In this document: piece by piece, positions 51,142 through 64,000 of the stretch
How the letters are laid out: every line of letters starts with the position of its first letter
Position numbering within the stretch: the stretch's first letter is position 1
Origin: Phyllosticta citribraziliensis
Taxonomy: Eukaryota
NCBI RefSeq assembly: GCF_038025025.1
Contig: NW_027117350.1
Location: forward strand, 806,001-870,000
Direction of reading: 5' to 3'
DNA: 64,000 nt
The notes under the pieces: model-generated
The model's database searches: none
Told to the model about the DNA's origin: nothing
What the model saw: the letters and a program-made list of their open reading frames with translations, nothing else
Program-made: the position numbers and the translations under genes

Positions 51142-52317
51142 GATGGAGGAGGGTTGGCGGAGCAGACAGGTCGATGCAGGCGTGTGGTTGAGGGGAAACC
51201 ACGGGAATCCGGTACCAAAACCGGGGTGAAAGAGCTGGGCCAACAATTAGTAGCGGAACGCGGTGGCGAGAGCAACAGGTGCACACACCCACTAACGCCA
51301 GCAATGCAGGAGAACAAAGGTGACGGGTCCAAGCAAACACAGCGCGTGAGATGTTCCAATCGTGTTTGAGTGTCGAGTCGACGGCGCCACAGTCGAGGGC
51401 GTCGGGTCCGAGCGGGCGATCAGAAAGGGGTCGAAGGCGACATGCGAAGCGGACGGGGCGGTCGAGCGAGGATGGAGAGGGCCGTTTGGGACGACGGGTT
51501 GATGCTCAGCGGGCTCTGGTGATGGTGTTTGCTCTCCTGAGGGGGTCCGCGACGGGCAGGTGGGCGCACGAGCCGTGGCGATGGGCTGGTGATCGACTGC
51601 TGTCGAGGGTGGTGGAGAGGCGGACGGAGAGTCGAGGGCAGGGCGTGAGATGGAGCAGGCGAGCGGGGTGGAGTGGGTGGAGCGTAGGAGATGCAGCGTC
51701 GGTGTAGTCGTGTGATGCTGGAGAACGGTCGAGCGAGGTAGGATGGGGAGGGTTGGTGAGGAGGAGGCTTGCGTCGGCAGCCGCCCGAAGTCGATAATTG
51801 CCAATTCATGCAGCGGCTTGGCGAGATTAATAAGGACCCGCCTTGGCCAGCCAAATCTTTTAGGCTCAGCGCTGCTCTGTGTCCTCCACTCTCAGCTGTT
51901 GGTGCGCCTGAGATGCGCTGTGTCTTTGCACCTCTTCGTCCTCCATCTGTCAGGGTCGTTCGACAGCTGGTTGTGGCGAACCGTGGTGCGGTGCAGAGCA
52001 GAGACACGACCTGACGGAACCCCCGCCCCGTGCCTCGACAATCTCAGTTAGCCTTGGACCCCTTTACCACTCCTCCATTTAACACTTCATCGTCTTACCG
52101 CCAGTGCATCTCGTGTTATTTCTTCTTCTCGTGCTTTTCTTGTCATGCGTCCCGTACCCAATCTGTCCTTGAAGATCAACCGACTTGCGCTGTTGCGGCA
52201 CGGCAGCTTCTCCACATTTCTATCCGCGACACTTTGACTGGCCACTCTCTCGAAACATAAATCAACTCCCACCTGCTACCGTTCCCTGGAAGTTGATCGC
52301 ACCGATCCTTGGTTACC

Positions 52318-54507
52318 ATGGCAGACCCTACCGTGCGCGATTTTGGAGACCCTGGCCGCCCTTCAGTCCCGTACGACGTCGAGGCTCAGGACGCACCGCC
52401 CTCCAGGTCTCCTCGAGGCCGTGGCAGAGCGCGCAGGGGAAGCGCCGTGTCCAGCATCTCGACGGGAACTGATCGCAACAACAGGCGTTCAGCCGATACG
52501 CTATTCAGACGCCCCACGCGTTCCAACACGGTGACGCACTATCATTCGCCCACGCGGCCTGTATGGGAATCCGAGCCAGGAGCTGAGCCAGGTGTCGATT
52601 ATACGGCCGCAGACACTGACGCCCGCCACAACGACCTGCGCGCCGACGTGGCCATCACCGTTGTCGATTTTTCAGCCGAAAAGATGGAGCAGCACAAACT
52701 GGAAAATGACTCCCTCGCCGAATTCCTGGACCGCCCCAAGCAGGAATGGGTCACCTGCCGCTGGATCAACGTTAACGGCTTGAGTTGGGACGTGATCAAG
52801 ATTCTGAGTAAGCAGTATGGACTGCATCGGCTTGCTGTCGAGGACTTGATGAACACCAGGGGCAGAACAAAGGCCGATTGGTATTCTGACCACGCATTTT
52901 GTAAGTTCCGTCCGTTTTCTTTGCTCGCGCTGGGAAAGGAAGAGATCCGCGGCGTTTCAAGTCCACATGTCTTTGGCGCTCCGTTGGACTCTGCAGTGTG
53001 TTGTATTTGGCGAGTGTTTGGTGTACGTCTCGGACTGTCATGTCACGATAAGCTCCGGCTGCCAATGTATACTTATGCGCAGGCCCACTTGTGTGTGCCT
53101 ACAACTGGCCCATTGAGTGATACTAACATTGCCAAGTTCTCTTGACTCTCCAGAAACTCGTGCAGCTCTCCAACCATTCCGACAGCTCATCGAGCGATTC
53201 CGATTCAGATGATGACGAGTATCGCAACAAGCAAGATAAAAAGTGGTTTGGACGTCTTCTGAAGCGCCGGCAAAAGATCAAGAGTCACGCTGTCAACGGC
53301 CATGATCCGGACAAAGAATCTCGCTACAAACTGGAGCGTATGGATTCCAGTCTTCCTCCTGCGTCATTGGCAAAATCCAAGCCCAAAAAGTTTCGTACGC
53401 TGCAGCGCTACCGAGGCGGGCCCAACGTGGAGAGGACAGAGTACATGGAGAGGCACTCGGCCCTCTCGCGAAAAGATCTCGCCGTCAGTGTCGAGCAGGT
53501 TTCCATGTTCCTCACGAGCGAAAACACGGTCATTTGCTTCTTCGAACACTCGGCCGAGGATGTCGAGAAGCCCATCCTTACTCGTCTCGAGACGCCCGAC
53601 ACCATCCTGAGGCGCAGCGCGGATTCGAGCATGATGGTGCAAGCATTGATTGACGCCATCATCGACCTGGCGATTCCAGTCACTGCGGCCTACGAAGACG
53701 TCATCAGCGACCTGGAACTCGACGTCTTGACCGAGCCGAGCGTTGGCCACTCCAAAGCGCTCTACATTATGACTACAGAGCTCTCGGTTCTGAAACATCG
53801 CATTCAGCCCATCATAGGATTAATCAATGCGTTGCGTGACCACAAGGTGGAACCCAGTACGTCCCTCTGGAGCCTCAAGAACGGATGGTAGCTAACTCCC
53901 CATGTACTCCAGCTCGCCATGCTGGACTCGAGAGCAGGCCGTCGCGGCTATCAGCGTCCAACGTGACCGTCAGCCCGCTCACGCACACGTACCTGGGCGA
54001 CACGGAGGACCACTGCATCATGATCACGCAGAGCGTCGACGCCATGTGCAAGGCGGCCGACGACATGATCTCGCTCATCTTCAACATCATGTCGACGTAC
54101 CAAAACGAGTCGATGAAGCAGCTGACGGCCGTCACCATCTTCTTCCTGCCGCTCACCTTCCTGACGGGCTACTTTGGCCAGAACTTTGAGCACTTTTGGG
54201 CCATCACCAACAGCGACCGCTTCTTCTGGTACATTGCCATTCCCGTCATGGTCGTCACCATTTGCGGTCTGATGTGAGTGTCTCCCTACATGTACCTAGT
54301 CTTCGTCTCGTCGGCTAATTTGGCCTTCGCAGGCGCGGCATGATCCTCCGCTGGTTCCAGCGCGCCTTCCAGCGCCGCCAGATCTCGCAGTCGCGTAAGA
54401 AGCGAGGCGTATCGCGGTCGCGGGACAGGAAAGCCAGGGGCCGAGCCATCAAGCGCCGCGACACGGTGTGGCGCGAGCCATCCTTCAACCCGGATTTCAC
54501 GCGCTGA
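52318..54507 (+). CDS. CorA-family metal ion transporter (GQN variant)
   Basis: [59 protein letters not shown]; three introns. Confidence 0.9.
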
Positions 54508-56272
54508 TCTGATCCGATCTGATCCCATCAAGACAAAAACCGTAAACCGCCGCCACCACCATTTTCCGCCGCCCGCGTGTTTGGTTCTTTTGGTTCGTTG
54601 CTCATGTACCCTACAAGCTCTTGTTGGTGTTTATCTGCTTGCTTGCTTGCGTGTGTGTTGCGTAGCCGAGATACCCCCCTGCCCTGCCCCTGATTTCTCT
54701 GGCGTCGGTGTTGTTGTTGTTGTTGGTTGAAGGCGCTGTTTTTGTCACATATGCGATGCGGACGGATGGAGTCGTTGGATAGTCAGCCTGGCGCGCGAGG
54801 TGTACAGTACGTAGCACTGGCAGTGCGCAAAATAATCTGGAAGCCATGTGCTCGTGTTGGTAAAACGCGCCCCCTGATTGGCTATGTGTGTGTCGCAGAC
54901 TGTTGGTAGGAGTAGTGGGTGGTTGGCGCATCGCACGATCGGCCTGCGCTGGACGGCGTGGGACCCGACACTTGTTCGGCGACCACGTGGCGGAAACGTT
55001 GACGATATATATACGTCCAGCAGTCCGTCTTCTATCGCTTCTGTCGCCGTGCGTGAGTCTGGCTGACGCCATGCAAAGCATCTACGATTGGGAAGAGTGA
55101 TGAAGGGCATTTTGTGATTACATGTCTGGCTGCCTCTCAGACTATATATACTTCCTCGTCAACTACACTCGTAATGCCCTCACAGCAGTAGTAGCAGAGC
55201 AAATCTACAAAGCTTGGCACCCCACCACTCACCCTGACTACTCACCTACGCCCTCCACTCCATCCTCATCCCCTTCTACCCCAGGCCCTGTCTTTCCCCA
55301 TCTATACCGCTATCCCTGCGCCCGCGCACCACTAGCGACAGCGGCCGTAGCAAGGCTACCCATCCATCCCACCCACGCACTACACTCTTCATCTCTCGCG
55401 CCAACACTGCATGCACGCGAACTTCAGCGCCGCTTGCTGCGCCGCTGATGCAGAGTGGTCGGCGAGTACTAAAAATGCTGGCGTGGGCGTTGGCGGTGCT
55501 GCGAGGAAGCGGAGATAGGCAAGATGAGCTAAGCTAAGATGGGTTGGGATGTGTGGACTGGCGCTTCTACAGTGCTGTCTGGTATGTAGGAAGGCATGTA
55601 GTTGGATATGGCATGTGTCGTTTACGTGTGTAGAATTCAGGTTAACTATTTGTGCGTGCAGGCTTTTAGAGACGTTCGTAGGTAAGTTTGTCTGGCATGG
55701 TGGAGGGTGGTGTAGCGCGCGACGCTCTTGCATCCTGGTGTCGAGTGCGTGCAGTTACTTTTGTGTGTTTAAGCTTATTTTATTATCGTTGTCGTTATAA
55801 GGTGCGAGCTGCCTGTGATGGCGGCTCCGCACGTTGTATTTTTCAACGACATGTCAGATGGAGAGGCGGAAGCTGGGAAAGCTGTACCGCCTACTCCGCC
55901 CATAGAAAACATGCCAGAAGCGATGCACGGGTTGAGGACGGCTCCCGTCCCTCTGCTGATGCGGGACAGACGGAAATCATCACAATGACGTCACCGCGGG
56001 ACATCCCCGCCGTCTCTCACCTCAGGTCTGGAGGATGCCCCGCGCCGCGTCCGCCCCTCCCGTCGCGCGTCTCTCGGGATCCATGTCATTCTCCTGGGCC
56101 GAGCAAGAAGAGAAACAGGCAGGCCAAAGCCAAGGGCCAGGCGCCGTGTGTGATAGATGATTAATGCGCGGACGGTTGCGTGGACAGCTGCTTGGACGGC
56201 GACCACTCAGTTGGGTGAGGTGGGATACCGAGCGCGGTGTGGGATGGCGGTGGGACGTTGGTGAGCGTTGAT

Positions 56273-56274
<2 letters not shown>

Positions 56275-56304
<30 letters not shown>
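56275..56304. repeat. (TG)n microsatellite
   Basis: About 15 tandem TG units, read directly. Confidence 0.9.
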
Positions 56305-56308
<4 letters not shown>

Positions 56309-56564
56309 TGTGGTCCCCGAGGCGGGACTGCAGTGACGGAGTGGAGGGAGAGGTGCGTCCGGATGGGTATAAAGCTGGCTGGCTGCCGCGCTTACCAGTT
56401 GGAGATGCAAGCAGCGTGGACGACAGTCGGCAACATCGAATACAACACAACTCTACTCACTGCGCTCCTCTGCTTTTGTACATTCAGACGTCGTTGGCGA
56501 TTCGCAATTTCGACCTGATTCGGCTTCGACTCTTTGATTCTCCTCTCGACTTGAACCAGATGCA

Positions 56565-57386
56565 ATGAGTGCCCATTGTAGCACGACCGGCGGCGGTCTC
56601 GACAAGCTGCCAGAGACGAACAAGGCGGCGGGAGAGCCGCGCACCGTGGAGAGTAAGGTGCTAGAGGCGGGCGCGGGAATGACGCAGGCAAGTTGGGGTT
56701 CGCTGCGAGGTTTATATGTTGGCTAACGGGAGAAAAGGACATTCGCCCCGTCAAGAGCATCTGCGCGCACTTGAATGCGTTCCACGTCTACGCCAACGAC
56801 ACGGGACGGTTTGTCGAGGCGAATCACTACTGCGCGCATCTGAATGAAGGTATAGGAACCCCGTCTACGAGAGCAACAGAAGGGAGCTGGACTGACGAGA
56901 CGAGCAGACGTGCGGCAATGCATCCTCTACGACTCTCCCGAGCCAAACGCGCGCCTCATTGGCATCGAGTACATGATTACGCCCAAGCTGTACAACGAGC
57001 TGGCGGCCGAGGAACGGCGGCTGTGGCACTCGCACGTGTTCGAGGTCAAGTCGGGGATGCTGATCATGCCGCAGCCGAACCCGCTGGTGCCGTCGGCGGC
57101 GTGGGAGGCGGCCGAAACCAAAGAAATGGAGCAGGTCGTCGAGCTGTACGGCAAGGTGTTCCACCTGTGGCAGACGGACCTGGGACACAAGGTGCCGCTA
57201 GGCGAGCCGCAGTTGATGACGAGCTTCACGCAGGCCGAGCAGATGGCGCACATGGAGGCCGTCATTGGCGAGCGCGACCAGCGGTTTGGCGCCGACTTCA
57301 AGAGGAAGAGGGAGCTGAGGGCGCACATTGAGGAGCCGCAGATTCACCCCGATGCGGACGCTGCGTGGATGCAGGGAAGCTCCTAG
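56565..57386 (+). CDS. DUF1264 / oil-body-associated protein-like
   Basis: [65 protein letters not shown] first intron 56688-56737. Confidence 0.88.
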
Positions 57387-58595
57387 AGCGAGGTTGCATG
57401 GATAAGCGAGAGGTTTCTTTGACGGCGGCGCTCAACAACAAACGGCCTGCCTGATGAGGTGGTGGGCGAGTTGTGGGAGGCTTGAGGTAAAAATAGCAAC
57501 GGGGCGACCAAGACTGCGGTGGCACCAATCAAAAAAATGGGCTGAAAATGGGACTGCCCGAGTCGAGGGCTCAGTGTCCAATCACTTGTGGTGGTGGTTG
57601 TCGAAGGCTTGGGCTAGGTCGGACCCTGCACCCTGCCGTTCCAGAGGCTTCTGTTTCTTTGTGCAAGTTGTGGAAAACGTCGAATGTAGTTGGAGATCAC
57701 GTCGTGTCTCAAGGATGCGAGTGCTGCTGATCGGCATTTGGAGGGAATGGAAAGGAGTCGGTCTGACAGGTGACGGCCAGTATACGACCTCTCAGGTAGC
57801 AGAGCGGACTGGAGCAGGGTGGTCGCGTGAGAGAGAGGAGGAGTGCCAAGCAGAAACAAAACAAGCGAAGGGCGACAATGGAAACGGTTGTTGATCAATG
57901 ATGTCGCGGCATGTGCTCCAGACGGCGCCATAGTTAGCATGGTCTATTCTATGTACGGCTAACTATGGCATGGCATGCGGAGGGAATACGGACGGTACGG
58001 CGCCTGGCATCAGCGGCAGACAGCCACAGCAGAGCTCAGCAACTGGAACCCGGTACTGTACCATGACAGGAGACCGTTGGGAGGACAGGGAACTGTGTAG
58101 GTCTGTAGCAGACAAGACACGAGCCCACCACGGCATCTTCTATACCAGCCAGTCGAGACAGCTTTGTCCAGGCCCGGCTTGATTCTCTCTCTCCCCTGCA
58201 CTGGCCCTGCCCTACGCCCTGGTCCGACGTCCGGGGTCCCGCTTCACCACCGACTCCGACTCCGACTCCTCCTCCGCCTACGCACCCACCTACGTAACCA
58301 AACTCTTGTCGCTCATTCTACTCGTGGCCTTTTCCTCTTCACGCGCCCTTGCAGCTTGCTCGCCAAGGCCCTCGCCATCCGCTCCGAACTCCAACCTCCA
58401 TTCTCCCAGAATTTCCCTGCGCCCCAATATCCTGCCTGTGCTACCCGCCGCCGCCACGCCCTCTCTTCGCTCTTTCTCTACAACTGCTGGCAGGGGCTCT
58501 CCTCAATGGCCGCGTAATTCTCGACCTCTCTTTTCTCGCCACTCGCTCATCCTCTTCCCCTCGAAATCTTTTCTCCCTCCCCACCCCGACCGGCC

Positions 58596-61500
58596 ATGTC
58601 GCCGCGTCTCGTCGTCGCAACCCTGCGCACCCGCGCCGAGGAGAGCAGCGCTGACAAGTTCCTGGATCTGATTCAGTCGCCCTTCAACACCGAGGTACGA
58701 GCTTGTTGCTGCTGCGCTTCCAAGCCATTCTAACCGCTCGTAGCTCGACGAAAAAGCCTTCTGGTCTTCGCTGGGATACTCGCTCGGAGCCGCCGCCATC
58801 TTCGCCTTTTTATTCTGTCTGCTCCGACCTTACAACAACACCGTATACGCCCCGCGCCTCAAGCATGCCGACGAGAAACACGCCCCGCCCCCGGTCAAGA
58901 AGGGCGTCTTTGACTGGGTCCAGCCCGTCCTCAAGACCAAGGAGCAGCTGCTGGTGGAAAAGGTTGGCCTGGACGCCGCCGTCTTTTTGCGCTTCACCAA
59001 AATGTGCCGCAACATCTTCATCATCCTGTCTCTGCTCGGCTGCGGAGTTTACATTCCCATAAACCTGGTCCAAAACGCCCAGAACAACGCCACCAGCGAC
59101 AACTCCCTGTTCATGAAACTGACGCCCCTCGGCGTCTGGGGCGCAAGCTGCTGGGCCCACGTCTTGCTGTCGTACATTTTCAATGGCATCATTTTCTTCT
59201 TCTTGTGGAGGAATTACCGCGCCGTGGCCAGGCTCAGGAGGGCTTATTTTGAGAGCAACGACTACCAAAAGAGCCTGCATTCGCGCACCCTGATGGTCAC
59301 GGACGTCCCGAGAGGCTACCGCACGGACGACGGCATTGTCAAAATCACAGAAGAGATCAAGGTTGCGACGGATGCTCCCAGTGGTGTCATTGCTCGCAAT
59401 GTCAAGGACCTTCCCCGGCTGATTGAGGATCACGAGGCCGCCGTCAGACATTTGGAAGAAGTGTTGGCCAAATATCTGAAGAATCCCAACAAGCTTCCCT
59501 TGAACCGCCCGACCTGCAAGACGCACAAGAACGACCGCTCGTACACCAAGCCTCAGACAGTGGACGCCATCGACTACCTCACATCCCGGATCAAGAGCCT
59601 TGAGCTTGAAATCACCGAAGTCAGATTGTCCGTCGACAACCGCAACGCACTTTCTTATGGATTTGCCAGCTACGACAGCATCGAAGAAGCTCACGGTGTG
59701 GCTTATTCCGCAAAGAGGAAGCATCCCCATGGATCCAGCGTCCGTCTGGCGCCCAAGCCGAGCGATCTCATCTGGAAGAATTTGCCGCTGGATAAGAAGA
59801 CCCGGGTGTGGAGAGGAATCTTCAACAACATTTGGGTCGTGCTGCTCACCTTGGTCTGGATCGTACCCAACGCCATGATTGCCGTGTTTTTGGCAAACCT
59901 GACGAACCTGGGTGCAGTTTGGCACGATTTCCAAGTGACGCTGTCGGCAAACCCAAAGTTTTGGGGAGCTGTTCAAGGCATTGCGGCGCCGCTTGTGACG
60001 ACCCTCGTTTACTTTTTCCTGCCCATCATCTTCCGACGCATCTCCATCAATGCGGGCGACTACTCAAAAACTTCGCGGGAGCGGCATGTCATGCACAAGC
60101 TGTACTCGTTCTTCATCTTCAACAACTTGATTGTCTTCTCCCTCTTCTCGACGGCGTGGCGATATGCCGTGGCCATCATCGACACTGAACAGACTGACAA
60201 CATGGATGCCTGGACCGCAATTCAGTCGACGGATCTCTATGGTAGACTCATGACGGCCTTTTGTCAAGTCTCTCCCTTTTGGCTCAACTACCTGCTGCAG
60301 CGCAACTTTGGTGCGGCGTGGGATCTTTCGCAGCTTGGAAACATGTTCATCAACTACGCCATCCGCACTTTTTCGAACCCCACGCCCCGACGGCTCATTG
60401 AGCTGAGTGCGCCTCCGGCGTTTGACTATGCGTGCTACTACAACTTTTTTCTTTTCTACTCGACCATTGCGCTCGTCTTTGCGCCCTTTCAGCCTCTGGT
60501 CTTGCCCGTCGCTTGTCTGTACTTTACCCTGGACAGCTACTTGAAGAAGTACCTCTTGATGTATGTCTGCTCACCTTTTGGCGACCCTTTGCTGACCATT
60601 CAGGTACGTCTTCATCACCAAGCATGAATCGGGCGGCGCATACTGGCGCGTCTTGTTCAACAGATTCATTTTCGCCGCCGGCTTCGCCAACCTAATAGCC
60701 TTTTTGTTCGTCATGGCTCGTAAGCAGAACATGACCCAAGCAGCCTGCATGTTTCCACTTCCTCTGGTCCTTATCGCCTTCAAGTGGTGGTGCAAGCGTA
60801 GGTACGACGACGCGATGCACTTTTACAGCAAAGGCAGCCAAAAAGGACGAGAAGAGGGCCTTCCTGAACGGCCAAAGCAACGTTCGGACCGCGTCGGCGT
60901 GCGCTTCGGCCACCCAGCGCTGTACAAGCCCCTGATGACGCCAATGGTGCACGCCAAATCCCAGCACCTCCTGCGCGAAATTTACCGTGGTCGCCTGGAT
61001 CAGGACTCGGATGGAGCGCCTGCAACGGCCTACAGCGACACGTACGACCTGACAAAGATGTCGAGAGCAAAGGTGGGCAAGGCCGCGGCCAGCGCCTCGC
61101 CGTTTGAAATCGTCACCGAAGCCCAGATGGACTTTGAAAACTACAAGAACCGACCCGAGTTCCGCGACGAGTTTGGCGGCGACGGCGAGCTCTACTCGCG
61201 GCCCAGCACGCCCACGACGTTTCGCACCGGCTTCGACAGCCGGACAGGCAGCCCTGCGCCGGGGGGCTACGCGAGCAACAGTCGCCCGTCATCGCCCGCC
61301 TTCAACAGCCGGCCGGACAGCCCGTCGGGCCTACACAACCCGTACGGCCCGCCGCGTCCGTCGCACGACTCGCAGCGCACCTTTACCGACCTCGAGCACC
61401 CCGTGCCCGTCGCCGGGGCGTCGCGCACCTACAGCCCCCTCTCCAACGCCGTCTCCAACGACGTGTCGCTCTCGGACGTCAGCCTCGTTGCTGGCGCCGC

Positions 61501-61693
61501 GCCCATGGGCGGCAGCTTGCGCGATCCCAGTCCCGGCGGTGGTCGCGGCCGTGGGGCGCGTAGCGTCAGTCCCCGCCCCGGCCTGGCGGCCAGCGCTGGC
61601 TATAGGCAGGTCCCGCTGGACGAGACGCCCGGGGCCGAGTTGGCGGGTGAGGAGACGAGCTATGATTTCTTTAGAGGCAGGAGAGCGAGGTAG
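58596..61693 (+). CDS. CSC1/OSCA (Rsn1/TMEM63) calcium-permeable stress-gated channel
   Basis: VYAPRLK, VGLDAAVFLRF, SRTLMVTDVP, LAPKPSDLIWKN, TKHESGG..W; multiple TM segments; two introns. Confidence 0.92.
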
Positions 61694-63770
61694 CAACAGC
61701 AGCAGCAGTAGTAGAAGAAGCATCTTGTCCACTGTCTTTCTCTTCTTCTGTATGGACAGATGACGACGACGACGAGAGTCAAGAAAGGTGTTCTGAGATT
61801 TAGAATGCGTGGCGTGGTGGGTGCACAGCGTTGGCGTTGTGGATTGCTTCGGTATTTGCCTTTTAGAGATTTTGATTTTTGTTTTGATAGTCGGTTGTTT
61901 TTTGAGCTGTCTGCTTATCCTGGGTTGACACCTAGCATGTTTGCAGTTGAGTGTGAATGCAAGCGGGCAGGAGGCAGGCGTGCATGAATTCATACTCGAA
62001 CTCGCTCTCCTTTCTGATGACTTTTCTTCTTTGCAGGTGATTTAGATTTCAGGGAGGAGAGGGGGCTGGATTGCTGGAGGTAGACTGCAAGTAAGTGTTT
62101 GTGTGAGTGTATATGACTAGGAAGAAGAACTGTGGGCTTTCAATATCACACTATCAGACTCTTCTTCTGTGCGTGGAAAAGCTGCTCATCAGGCTTGTAG
62201 AAGATGTTTGATGGGCAGAGCAGCAAAAAATGCTCCTGCTGGTGCTCAGTCAGTCAGTCAGTCAGTCATTCAGTCATTCAATCCAGACCAAACATGCCCC
62301 CGTAATGCGCGCAGCGCGCACGCTTCATCTTTCACCCGCTCCTGCTGCTGCCGAGTTCCTTTGCCTCGCTCACTTGACTCGTACGACGCCGCTACATACA
62401 GTGGTGAGCAGCTAGATGATTCAACCGATTGCGTCGTTGGCAGCAAGCAGGCAGGCAGGCAGGCAGGCAGCGTCAAAGTTCAACCGCCAGCTCTCCACAC
62501 CAACCGCTCGACGATGAAGACGTAGTGAGACAGCACGTCCGGCGTCAAAGATGAACCGGACGGGTGAACGGCAGGCATATGATGATGTTCTTCTTTTGCC
62601 TCTTCAGTCCGCTGATGTATGTATGGACATACATAGCCTCAGCAACTGCCTGGTCTACGCTCCCTCCCTGCATGCCGTACCTACCTACCTACCTACTTAC
62701 TCTTTTGACCCCGCCCGTCGTCGTCGTGTCCTGACCTGACCCCCTGACTGACTGAGCGGCTGCATACCTAGGTGGTCCTCGCCATCTGACTGACCTCCAT
62801 CACTCGCCTCCGCATTTTCTCCACACTATACGCCTCCCCTGGACTGGACTGGAATGCACTGGACTGGAGTATCCCGCCTCGCCTCGCCTCGCCTCGGAGT
62901 AAATTCACGACGTACGAGATACGGCAATGCTGCGCCGCCACCGACCCCCAGATCACCGTCAACGGGCACTCCACACTCCACAATCCAAACTCCCCATTCG
63001 TCGACTCGTCTGTCCATCCATCGACGCACGTACACGAATAGACACTGGACTCGGTCCATCCCTGTCAACTCACCTTTCACTGTCCCCCGGTGATTCGATG
63101 GGGCACACTATGCTATGCCTACCAGGGACTGTGGGTCTGTCCGTCCGTCTGTATAGATCGCGGCCCCCCTGTTGCTGGTCATGTACGACATGGCATCGCA
63201 TGACGACACAAAGGAGGCGATGCCCTGGGTCAGGAACAGTGAAGAGGGTAGGTAGCGGAGGGAGGGGAGGGGAGGGGAGGGGAGGAGAGTGGCATTGGGT
63301 GGCATTGGGTGGCACGCACTGAGTGAGTGAGTGAGTGGCTGACTTCTCACAACGACCGTACTGGCTAGCTAGCCCCGTCGTACGCACGTACACACACGCT
63401 CCTGGTCATCAATGTACCAACAGTAGAGACCGCAATGAGTATGACGATGGACGGATCTAAATGGGTAGGTGGGCAGGCAAGTCATTCGGGTAACAGCACT
63501 AAGCAGAAGAAGACGAGGCAGAGGTGAGCCAAGGCAAGGCAAGGTAGCATGGAGACGGAGAGGGGAAGGAAAGCGAGGGTCCGTATAGTCGGAGAGATTG
63601 ATGACGCCAAATACCATCTAAGGCACGCGCGAAGCTTTTAGAGAAAAGTGAAATGGAAGAAAAGGAGAGAAAAAAGCAGGTCGTAACTTCATCGACAACA
63701 TATGCACCGTCACCTTATGCCACCAACGCCATCCATCCAGCCCACACCACAGCAGCAGCAGCAGCAGCCA

Positions 63771-64000
63771 TCACCCCGCCACCGCGCCACCCTTCTCCAA
63801 CCGCCCCTCCTCATCCTCAACGCTACTCCTCCGCTCGACGCCCAGCTTCTCCTCGTTGTGCGCCTCGCTGAACTCCTGCGGCATGGCGATCGGCCGCTTG
63901 TTGGCGAAGCGCACCGTCGCCCACACGCTGGGGCTCTCGCGGAACATGAGGTCCAGCTCCTCGAGGTTGCGGCCCATGGTCTCGGGGTAGAACAGGTAGA
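63771..64000 (-). CDS. MFS sugar porter, C-terminal fragment (gene continues beyond the window)
   Basis: YLFYPETMGRNLEELDLMF matches the PETKG-x-LEE-like C-terminal motif of sugar porters. Confidence 0.8.
   Translation of the reverse strand, partial: YLFYPETMGRNLEELDLMFRESPSVWATVRFANKRPIAMPQEFSEAHNEEKLGVERRSSVEDEEGRLEKGGAVAG

Noticed and set aside
62579..62640. ATGATGA..CTGA plus a TATGTATG/CATACATA hairpin
   Set aside because: The C-to-D span of about 35 nt is too short for a snoRNA and the hairpin derives from tetranucleotide repeats.

Overview
Gene-dense, GC-rich eukaryotic window from a filamentous ascomycete. The short GT-AG introns with CTRAY branch sites and the protein sequences suggest Pezizomycotina, probably a Dothideomycete (inference). 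It carries about 23 mostly spliced housekeeping genes: Cdc14(SIN)-like, a Mg-chelatase/Mtc2-like protein, Dma1, MPP-alpha, U1-70K, mL43, TPI, an RS-rich hypothetical, LCB2, MmgE/PrpD, RPL32, a hypothetical, Irc6/p34, SmD3, Gep4, a PPPDE-Trx-PUL protein, GDA1, a Dnf3-like P4-ATPase, SamB/Mub1, CorA, DUF1264, CSC1/OSCA and a partial sugar porter. I saw no transposon, CRISPR, rRNA, tRNA or secondary-metabolite cluster. The best leads are non-coding: (1) a long base-paired structure in the enlarged first intron of RPL32; (2) a box C/D snoRNA candidate in an apparently non-coding spliced host with an abutting AG|GT junction; (3) a strong 5' splice site downstream of the U1-70K stop codon, suggesting autoregulation. 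Exon boundaries were read by eye and no searches were run.
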